Below are positions 25,742 to 33,500 of a stretch of 64,000 bases of DNA, piece by piece. Source of the DNA: a virus. Lineage: Duplodnaviria > Caudoviricetes. A program made the position numbers and the translations under genes. The notes beneath the pieces were generated by a model. The model searched no databases. It was not told the DNA's origin and saw only the letters and a program-made list of their open reading frames with translations. Each line of letters starts with the position of its first letter. Within the stretch, counting starts at the first letter, position 1. The stretch covers positions 1 to 64,000 of the IMG/VR virus record IMGVR_UViG_2038011000_000015; one strand, given 5' to 3'.

Positions 25742-26325
25742 TGGGTTCGGGACGCTCCGCGCTTGTTACGGTCGGAACGGATGGCTTCGTAGACTACGTG
25801 CAGGTACCGGAAGGTGAGAAGTACATGCTCGGCCCGGTCTCGGTCCTGCAGTTGATCGTTGGGTCCGTCCAGTCGATGCGCGCTGCCCGCGTGGCGCTCA
25901 AAGAGTTCGTCAAGACCGGCAAAGCGGTGGTGGCGGTTGACCTGGACAAGATGTGGTCGCTCTTGCCGTTTCGGCGTGCACGATATTCGTTCACTAACTC
26001 TCTTATGTCGGGCCGAAGTGAGAGCCCTTCGTCGGAGAGCAATATGAAGACTGCGTCTTACGGCACCCTGATGGCGAATGTCGAATTGGCGGAAGATATC
26101 GTGACCAAGGTAGCAACGACTCACGAGACGATCGATCGTCTTGAATGGGAGGGGAAACGTTTCGACGCCGCTCGCGCCCGTGGGGATCTGTTTCGGATTG
26201 CTTCTTTGGTGTCACAAATAGCTGAGAACGTCGATATGGCGCAACCATGGGTTGCACAGGACTTAGCGGTGATTGCAGCGCAAGCAGACGAGATCTACGA
26301 GCTTTTCCCGCACGATGGAGAATAG
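25741..26325 (+). CDS. Hypothetical protein (possible internal start at 26044)
   Basis: TAATG coupling; internal GGAG-n6-ATG at 26044 (MKTASY...). Confidence 0.7.
   Translation: MGSGRSALVTVGTDGFVDYVQVPEGEKYMLGPVSVLQLIVGSVQSMRAARVALKEFVKTGKAVVAVDLDKMWSLLPFRRARYSFTNSLMSGRSESPSSESNMKTASYGTLMANVELAEDIVTKVATTHETIDRLEWEGKRFDAARARGDLFRIASLVSQIAENVDMAQPWVAQDLAVIAAQADEIYELFPHDGE
25994..26007 (+). promoter_or_regulatory. Putative late promoter element CTAACTCTCTTATG
   Basis: Exact 14-mer repeated at intergenic-edge position 61565-61578. Confidence 0.5.
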
Positions 26326-26328
26326 AGT

Positions 26329-27042
26329 ATGGCATCTAACGTAAGTACCGCTAACTACCTGTACCGGCAGGGCACTGCACCGAACACTCGCGCAGCGGTT
26401 TCTCAGAAAAACAAGGTGTATTCGTACACTACAGGGGCGCAAGGCTTCCAGCAACTCGGAGTGATCTCTGAGTTTGGGTTTGATGAGTCGCGCGATGTCC
26501 AGGCGATTCGCGGCGTAGGGTTCGGCGATCAGGTGGCAGAGTTGGTCCCTGGTGTCACTGAGCCCATGACGCTGACGCTCAATAAGACATTGCTTTACAC
26601 GGTCAACATCTTCCAGATCGTGGGCTACAAGGGTGGCATCGATGGTTTGGTGCGCAGTCTAAGGCATCATCGATGGCCGTTCGATATCAAGCAGGAATTG
26701 GTAATCTCTGAGTTGGCGATCGCACAGGATCCAAGCGGTGCTTCTGCGCAAGCTACTGTTACCACAGGGCCCACGGCAGCGGACAATCCTATCGTCACGC
26801 CCCGTGCGCTCTTGACGTTCTATGAGGGGTGTTGGTTCAACAGCTACTCGGCATCGTTCGCGAGCGACTCGGCGATTGTCGCAGAGAACAGTTCTGTGAC
26901 GGTGTCGGACATCATTGATGGTGTATCGCAGTATGGTGAGTACATCGATTCTGGCCTAGCGCCGATCTCAGCGAACGGCGGTCCGGGCAAGGGGTACTCG
27001 CTCCGTTTTGCGAATAACTCGAACACGGTTACTGCGCTTTGA
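26329..27042 (+). CDS. Tail tube protein
   Basis: ESRDVQAIRGVGFGD..ELVPG..LTLNKT..PFDIKQ..YEGCWFNSYS..IVAENSSV tube-fold pattern; precedes the chaperones and tape measure. Confidence 0.8.
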   Translation: MASNVSTANYLYRQGTAPNTRAAVSQKNKVYSYTTGAQGFQQLGVISEFGFDESRDVQAIRGVGFGDQVAELVPGVTEPMTLTLNKTLLYTVNIFQIVGYKGGIDGLVRSLRHHRWPFDIKQELVISELAIAQDPSGASAQATVTTGPTAADNPIVTPRALLTFYEGCWFNSYSASFASDSAIVAENSSVTVSDIIDGVSQYGEYIDSGLAPISANGGPGKGYSLRFANNSNTVTAL

Positions 27043-27056
27043 AATGGAACTGACTT

Positions 27057-27194
27057 GGGTGACAGCGACGAACTAGATGTGAATTGAAGCGAACCAGATC
27101 AGATATGCACCTGCTTTTGTGTCCTTGTTTTTAGACTCAGATGTAGATCACGTCCTGTTTCTCACGCTGTCATCCTCAGCAAGATGAGGATGAT
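27057..27194 (+). promoter_or_regulatory. Structured intergenic RNA element with alternative folds over the RBS
   Basis: GGGTGACAGCG/CGCTGTCATCC 11-bp stem competes with the hairpin TCATCCTCA/TGAGGATGA that covers the SD. Confidence 0.6.
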
Positions 27195-28214
27195 GTGGGT
27201 ATCATAGATTCGAAAAGGCTCAATCAAGCACTGGCCAAGGCCAAGAACGTTGGCGTTGTTGAGTTGCCGTGCACCATCAGTGGTTGTGACCTTGTTTTTC
27301 GTAGTTTGCGACCGGAAGACTATACGGCGGCGTTGCAAGACTGCGAGGGGTTGCCGCAGGAAATGTACATCCCGCGGTACCAGAAGGCGCATGTCGCTAG
27401 AGCGATCATCGAGGTGAATGGCGTTGATCTGCGAGACACGCAGTTTGTCACCGTGGATGAGCCTGACAAGGATGGCGGCACCAAAAAGATCAAGCTTGAG
27501 CTGCATCAGTATCTGGCGTCTCACATGCTCGACACGTGGGGCAAAGAGGCGATTGATATTGCGTTTCGTAAGCTTGGGGAGGCGCTTGAGCTAGCTGAAA
27601 AGCGCGCCAAAGAGGGGGTAGCGTTCGCAACTGCGGATGAAACCAAAGAAGAGAAATTCCGGCGGTTGCTGCTCGAGACACGGGCGGCGGAAGGCGGGTT
27701 GCCCGAGACGCTGATCGATAAAGTCTATGATGAGCAAGGACTCATGCGCCGATCGACCGCGGAAGAGATCAAACGAGCGATGGACCGCACCGAGGCGCTG
27801 GCGCGGGAGCAAGAGGCCACCCATGTGCCCGCGCCAGCCGCTGTGGAGCCCGGCCCGTTGGAACCAGAGCCCAGTGAGGCGTCTGGAGCCCAAATGACGC
27901 CGGTTGCGCGCCATGCCGTCCCAGACCCGCATGTGACGTTGCAGCAAGCGATGGCTGCGCGTCAATCCCTGGAGGTCAAGTCTGAGCAGAACGTGGAAGT
28001 GCCACGACCAACGCGTGCCGCTCAGATTGCTGCGCTCGAGGGGGAGAGTGACGTCGTGCCCGACATCGATACTGCGGTTTCTTTGCAGAGCGGCGCCGAT
28101 GATGTGATCGAGCTGAAAGCAGCGCCGATCGATCCTCATGCGGCAAGCTTGATCATTGATAGCCCTCCGGTCGCTGGCATCAACCCTCGCTTTCGGCCGC
28201 CACAACGAGCGTAG
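27195..28214 (+). CDS. Putative tail assembly chaperone 1
   Basis: Lies between tube and tape measure; LVFRSL..ARAIIEVNGVDL pattern; low-complexity C-terminus. Confidence 0.65.
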   Translation: MGIIDSKRLNQALAKAKNVGVVELPCTISGCDLVFRSLRPEDYTAALQDCEGLPQEMYIPRYQKAHVARAIIEVNGVDLRDTQFVTVDEPDKDGGTKKIKLELHQYLASHMLDTWGKEAIDIAFRKLGEALELAEKRAKEGVAFATADETKEEKFRRLLLETRAAEGGLPETLIDKVYDEQGLMRRSTAEEIKRAMDRTEALAREQEATHVPAPAAVEPGPLEPEPSEASGAQMTPVARHAVPDPHVTLQQAMAARQSLEVKSEQNVEVPRPTRAAQIAALEGESDVVPDIDTAVSLQSGADDVIELKAAPIDPHAASLIIDSPPVAGINPRFRPPQRA

Positions 28215-28217
28215 GCC

Positions 28218-29435
28218 ATGGGGCGTCAACTCAAGAAATACGAGGACCAGCCTCTCGAAGATGAGGACCTCAGCATCACCGCGCCGGTGGAGCCCGAGGT
28301 TAACCCGGAGGTCTACAGGGATGTGGACCCGATGTTGTTTCGGGGTTTTCTCACCGCCTACGCCCGTGTCAACGACATCCCGTTCGTTTTTAAGAGTCTC
28401 AACCACCACGAGTTCGAGTTGCTTCGATTCTCGGGTTGTTTTGACGGGGCACCGGACGTGAATTCATGGGCTACGTTGCTTGCTTACTGCGTGTTCATGA
28501 TCGACGGCGTCAATATTCTGCCGGAGCGTGATCGCTGGCTGTCGAAGTTGCGCGAGATCTTCACCGCGTTGCCAACAGAGGCGACTGCCCGGGTGATTCG
28601 CCACATCAGCGAGGTCAATCGCCGCGCATCGACCGCGGTCTATTTGACTGAAGCGTACGCCATGGAAACCATCTCGCGCTATCGCTGGCTGCAGCTCAAG
28701 CGGCTCGATCTCAGCTCGGTTGCGGTTACCGGGGTCAATGGAACGCAGTGGTTGGGGTTGAACACTGCGCAGCTTGTATGGCGGGCGGTCAATCACATCG
28801 AGGATCGCAATGAGGCGATTGAGCGTGATTGGGAGCATGCGAAGTTCGTTGGCTCCTGCATGGCAGGAAAGGGAATCGCGAAGGTCTACAACCAAGATGC
28901 ACGCAGGCGCCGTCAAGAGCGGGAGGAGCGCATGACCCGTAAGGACAAGATTCTGCGCAAGTGGGTTTTAGGAGAGGAGGTTCAGGACGGCGTGGTCCAG
29001 GGGCCCGGCGTGATCATGGCTGTACCACGGACCGTGGAAGAGCTTACGACGCAGCTTGAGCGAGATATCCGTGGGGAGAAGGACTGGCATGACCGTGTTG
29101 TTGAGGAGCACGAAGCACGCGTAAGGGCGGGATATGCGGAACGCCGCGAGCAGCTCGAGCGTGTGGCTCAGGAGAGTTTGGAGCGAGCGCCTGAGCGTGG
29201 TGTGTTTGGCGGCGGCGACCTGCAGCAAGGGTATTCACCTGCTGAGATTGATGAGCTGGTGCGTCGCCGAAAGCAGATCCTTGCCCAAGAGGTCGCGCGA
29301 ATGCAGGTGGACCCTGGTCTAGACGATAAGACTGAGCGTTTTGTCAATCGTTGGTTCGGTGGGGATTACTCTGAAGCGCAGGCTATCAATAGAGACGCGG
29401 TAGACGCGTCAACAACACCTAGTCGCAGGAAGTAA
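28218..29435 (+). CDS. Putative tail assembly chaperone 2
   Basis: FVFKSL..LAYCVFMIDGVNI echoes chaperone 1; directly precedes the tape measure. Confidence 0.6.
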   Translation: MGRQLKKYEDQPLEDEDLSITAPVEPEVNPEVYRDVDPMLFRGFLTAYARVNDIPFVFKSLNHHEFELLRFSGCFDGAPDVNSWATLLAYCVFMIDGVNILPERDRWLSKLREIFTALPTEATARVIRHISEVNRRASTAVYLTEAYAMETISRYRWLQLKRLDLSSVAVTGVNGTQWLGLNTAQLVWRAVNHIEDRNEAIERDWEHAKFVGSCMAGKGIAKVYNQDARRRRQEREERMTRKDKILRKWVLGEEVQDGVVQGPGVIMAVPRTVEELTTQLERDIRGEKDWHDRVVEEHEARVRAGYAERREQLERVAQESLERAPERGVFGGGDLQQGYSPAEIDELVRRRKQILAQEVARMQVDPGLDDKTERFVNRWFGGDYSEAQAINRDAVDASTTPSRRK

Positions 29436-29438
29436 ATT

Positions 29439-32400
29439 ATGGCAGGCCCAACATCTGATGATGCCTTTACGATGGTCATCAACTTCGACACCGATACGAA
29501 GAAGGCGATGCGTGAGATTGACCTGCTCACGAAAGGTATTTCTCAGGGTATGCGGCGGAATCAAAAAGCCGCGCAGGACATGGGTAAAGGGATTGGGCAG
29601 GTGTGGAAGATGTTCGCCAACTCTAAGGAGGCGATAAACAATCTGAGACAACTGTCAGCGCAACTGCAACGCCTGGACGATGATTTGGCCGACATCAACA
29701 AGCGTCGTCAGAAGTACAACGAGATGCTTGCCGATGCAGCTGCGGCCCCGAAGGATAGTGAGAAGCAACAGCGGCTGCTCTCAGCGGCCGAGGAATTCGG
29801 GAAAGCGCAACGGGTTACCAATAAGGAATTCGAAGCAACAGTCGGAGCTTTGGAGGATTCTCAGCGCCGTGTGAAAGATACGATGGTATCGATAGCTGAC
29901 ACCTTTGATGTTGACTTCGAGGATATCGGCGAGGCGTTGGCAAAGCCGCTGCAAACCATCGTTAGCGGAACCAAATGGGAAGATATTGGTGAGAATATCG
30001 CCAGCCCGTTCAGTGACCTTCTGAGTCGGGATGCACCGACGCTGATGAAGCGTGTTGGCAAGATAATAGGGGGTCCGGGCTGGCTTAGAAAGCCAATGAA
30101 TAACTTCGCCGACCGGATGTTGCAAGCTGGTGGCGACCGAATGCGGAACGCCAAGCTTGGAGTCAAGGGCATGAAAGGCTCCGCTGGCCTGGGCGCATTG
30201 CAGAAGGCTCTTGGTGGGCTGGTCAAGGGCCTGACGATGCTCGGCCCAGTGATCACGGGAATGGCAGGCCTGTTTGGCGGGCTCATCAAGATCTTGCTCG
30301 ATGCTGAGGCCGCCGGAAAGGAATACAACCGGCAGTTGCTCGAGACAACGAGTACGACAGAATTTCTGGCGCGAAATCAAGGAGACGCGGTTGCGGCGAC
30401 GAGAGACCTGCAAGATTCTTTGGCTGCTGCGCGCGACGCCGCACATTCGTTCGCTCTAATGCAAATGGGGATCAGCAAAGAGGTGGCGCGGAGCTTCCAG
30501 GCTGCCATCACAGCCGAGGGCGTGGCGCTAGATGATTTGGGGCGCGCCACTAAGGATGCGACAGTGAAAACCGCTGAGCACGCTAGGACCATCATGATGG
30601 GCGTAGCGTATGCGCGTCAGTTCGGAGTGAGCATCAGCGAGATAGCCAATCTACAGGGGCAGATGATGTCTGAGCTTGGTATGAACAGTGCCCAGGCTCA
30701 GGAGAGCTTTCAGCGGATCGCAGACGGTGCGACTGATGCGGGAATGCAGGCGAATAAGTTCTTTCAAATCGTGCGTGGGTTCAGTTCGGATCTGAGTCTG
30801 TTTACGCTGCGTCTCGAGGATGTGACCAAGATCATGGGCGCGCTCGGTAAGACGATGGACCCTCGGAAGATGAGTCAGTTTTTGCAGCAGTTGAATCAGA
30901 GTTTCGGTGGGGGTATCGAGGAAGGCATTCGGTTGCAAATATTGGCCGACAAGGGCGGCGGAAATAAGGTGCTGCGAGATGATCTGGCTGTGAAGTTCGA
31001 CAATCTGGGTCGCGATATCAGGGCAGCATTTGGCGATGGAGCTGAGGATGCCCTCGCTGAACTGACTCAGTTAATCAAAAAGAATGACCCCAGAGAGATT
31101 GCCGCGTGGAAGCACAAGCATGATTCAAGGCTGAATCAAAATCTGAATGAAGAGATCGACCGTTTGGTGACGCAAAATGAGCGCATCGAGGCGGGCGACA
31201 AGGTTGGCACTGCGTCTATTGTTCATGCGTTGTCACCGTTTGCCAAGTATGAATACAAGCAGGCTATGTCCAGGGGACAGTTTGACGGCAAGCGGTTGGA
31301 GGAGCTTAGTGGCAGGCAGTTGTTAGCTGCGGAGAAGTTTGGCATCGCGACGGCCGAAGAAATCCAAGGGATGAAGCAGATGCGTCAGGGCTTCTTGATT
31401 GCGCAAGAGGGTCTCCTCAAGCGCATGGAAGATAACAAGCTGACGGCGGCGGACAAGCTGCAATTGGATCGCCTGGGAGTTGATAAGTCGAAACGGAGCG
31501 GCAAGACTGCGGCTGACGCAGTGCGAGCAGCGCTCGATAGCGTGAAGGGTGATAGCCTTTGGTATAAGAGTCTCGACAAAAGTCAGCGTGAGCTGGTGGA
31601 CAAGACCTTAAAGACCAGGAACTTTGCCGAAGAGTCTGCCGATTTGCAGACAAGCATGAACGACAAGCTGCAGATGATAACTGATATTCTCATGAACTAC
31701 ATTTTCTCAGCGCTTGAGTGGATCGGAAAGCTGTTTCAGAACAGTGTGTTAGGGAAATCGCGTGATCTTGGTGCTGAGAAACTGCGGGCGAATGCCATTG
31801 TATCTGACGCCAAGGATTCACAGTTAATGAAGTCATGGCAGAGCGGTGGCGATGATATTTCGAAGGCCCGCGCCGCTGCAGTACATGAGAACGCCGGTCG
31901 TGCGTTGAAGGGGTTGCAGGCTGTCTCAGATGAAGCGAGTTCTATTAGGGAGCGGCTGGCTAGTGGTACGGTTGGTAAGGACGAGGCGAGCGCGCTAGAG
32001 AAGCGGCTAAAAGAGCTGCAGCCAGCGCTAGAGTTAGCGAAGAAGTACGGCACGGACGTTGGTGCATTCAAGAAGTTGTTGGATGATACGGCGAAGTCAG
32101 AGGCGCTTGGTGGCGTTCCGAAGGCGATGGAGATATTGGTTGAGGCTTTGAACGCGGGTCGGTCCAAAGGAGGGGCGGCAGCTGTGACACAGGCTGCTCC
32201 AGCCGCGGCTCCTGCCCAAGAAGACGAAAGGTTGTGGGGAACCGTCAAGGGAGCCGTCAAGTCATTCCTTGGGTTGGGACCTGCAACCCCGGCAAAGAGT
32301 GCCGGGACGGCTGAAGCGACGGAGCAGCAGAAGGCGACGGTTGAAGCGGTGAACCAGGTTCAGCGTACTGTGGCCAACGATGGTGTGAAGATAAAACAAG

Positions 32401-32864
32401 CTACGATTGCGGGTCCGCTCAAGGATTCGATGGCTCAGTCGGTCTATGACGGCACATCGAAAGCGCTCTTTGAATACTATATGTATTCGGCGCTTGATCG
32501 AGGGCAGGTGGTTGGAAAGATGCAGGCAGGGTTGACGCCTGCTGGGGTTACGGGGACCGTTATGGCCGGTGCTCAGCGAGGGCTGACTCCCGCACAGGCT
32601 CTTGCGGGAGCTGTTGTTCAGCCCAATGCCTTAGGAGGCACGGTCACTGGGGTTGTGGATGGAATGGCGTCGATTGTTCGTCCAGCGCCCGGCGAGGGTT
32701 GGGCGTCTGTTGGGCCAGGGGAAACGATTGTGCCTGCGGGGGCTGGCGGGGGTGGCGGCGCGATGCGTGTTCAGCTCGAGCTGAAGGGAGATCTCCGCCG
32801 CTTCATTGACGCGCGTGTTGTCGAGGGGACGGCAGCGCATGATCGCAACAGACGGCTACGTTGA
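29439..32864 (+). CDS. Tape measure protein
   Basis: 1141 aa, helical, Ala/Gln/Lys-rich, with a Gly-rich hydrophobic stretch; C-terminal ALGG..VGPGETIVP. Confidence 0.85.
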   Translation: MAGPTSDDAFTMVINFDTDTKKAMREIDLLTKGISQGMRRNQKAAQDMGKGIGQVWKMFANSKEAINNLRQLSAQLQRLDDDLADINKRRQKYNEMLADAAAAPKDSEKQQRLLSAAEEFGKAQRVTNKEFEATVGALEDSQRRVKDTMVSIADTFDVDFEDIGEALAKPLQTIVSGTKWEDIGENIASPFSDLLSRDAPTLMKRVGKIIGGPGWLRKPMNNFADRMLQAGGDRMRNAKLGVKGMKGSAGLGALQKALGGLVKGLTMLGPVITGMAGLFGGLIKILLDAEAAGKEYNRQLLETTSTTEFLARNQGDAVAATRDLQDSLAAARDAAHSFALMQMGISKEVARSFQAAITAEGVALDDLGRATKDATVKTAEHARTIMMGVAYARQFGVSISEIANLQGQMMSELGMNSAQAQESFQRIADGATDAGMQANKFFQIVRGFSSDLSLFTLRLEDVTKIMGALGKTMDPRKMSQFLQQLNQSFGGGIEEGIRLQILADKGGGNKVLRDDLAVKFDNLGRDIRAAFGDGAEDALAELTQLIKKNDPREIAAWKHKHDSRLNQNLNEEIDRLVTQNERIEAGDKVGTASIVHALSPFAKYEYKQAMSRGQFDGKRLEELSGRQLLAAEKFGIATAEEIQGMKQMRQGFLIAQEGLLKRMEDNKLTAADKLQLDRLGVDKSKRSGKTAADAVRAALDSVKGDSLWYKSLDKSQRELVDKTLKTRNFAEESADLQTSMNDKLQMITDILMNYIFSALEWIGKLFQNSVLGKSRDLGAEKLRANAIVSDAKDSQLMKSWQSGGDDISKARAAAVHENAGRALKGLQAVSDEASSIRERLASGTVGKDEASALEKRLKELQPALELAKKYGTDVGAFKKLLDDTAKSEALGGVPKAMEILVEALNAGRSKGGAAAVTQAAPAAAPAQEDERLWGTVKGAVKSFLGLGPATPAKSAGTAEATEQQKATVEAVNQVQRTVANDGVKIKQATIAGPLKDSMAQSVYDGTSKALFEYYMYSALDRGQVVGKMQAGLTPAGVTGTVMAGAQRGLTPAQALAGAVVQPNALGGTVTGVVDGMASIVRPAPGEGWASVGPGETIVPAGAGGGGGAMRVQLELKGDLRRFIDARVVEGTAAHDRNRRLR

Positions 32865-32873
32865 GGTGTCGCG

Positions 32874-33485
32874 GTGCCAACGATTCCATCCGCTAACCCA
32901 ACTGACTTTGCGCGCATCGACGCGCCTACCGAACAACTTGGGTACGTGCACGGGTTGGGGAAGTCGCCCCGGCGTTCGTTTATCCCGATGGCGTTTCAAA
33001 TCACGAGCCCCTTCAACAGCAGAAAGGCGATGTTGCCTCATGCGTTGGTGATGCACGTCAATCCGTCTTCCCTGACGTTGTCGCATACGAAACGTGTTGA
33101 ACGTTTCCAGACCCGCGGGGGATTCGTGGAGCAGCATTGGGGGGATGAGCTGACCGACATCCAGGCGAGTGGCTCGACCGGAGCTTTCATGAACGTCTAC
33201 ACAGGGCTTTCATCGGTTCTTCGGCAAAATACCATCGCGTGGGATCGATATCGCGACCTGTATGACCTCTACCGGTGCAATGGCGCGGTTTTCGGCCCGA
33301 GTGGCAGCATCGTTCTTCAGGGGCACGTAATGCTGATGTTTGATCGTGGCACCTATCTCGGGCACTTCGAGAACTTCGAGGTGGAGGAAACAGACGACAA
33401 CCCGTTCACGTTTCAGGTCTCTTGGTCGTTCAAGTGTGACGAGGAAGTGCTGCAGATCCCGGCGTCAACTTCTGGTACTGCATAG
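32874..33485 (+). CDS. Tail tube initiator-like baseplate protein (paralogue A)
   Basis: VNPSSL..VEQHWGDEL..YLGHFENFEVEE..PFTFQVSWSF; follows the tape measure. Confidence 0.7.
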   Translation: MPTIPSANPTDFARIDAPTEQLGYVHGLGKSPRRSFIPMAFQITSPFNSRKAMLPHALVMHVNPSSLTLSHTKRVERFQTRGGFVEQHWGDELTDIQASGSTGAFMNVYTGLSSVLRQNTIAWDRYRDLYDLYRCNGAVFGPSGSIVLQGHVMLMFDRGTYLGHFENFEVEETDDNPFTFQVSWSFKCDEEVLQIPASTSGTA

Positions 33486-33500
33486 ATTGTGGGAGGCGGC

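Noticed and set aside
27043-27194. tRNA in the structured intergenic gaps (also 3450-3538 and 4928-5055)
   Set aside because: No cloverleaf with canonical D and T arms or an acceptor stem ending in CCA could be built.
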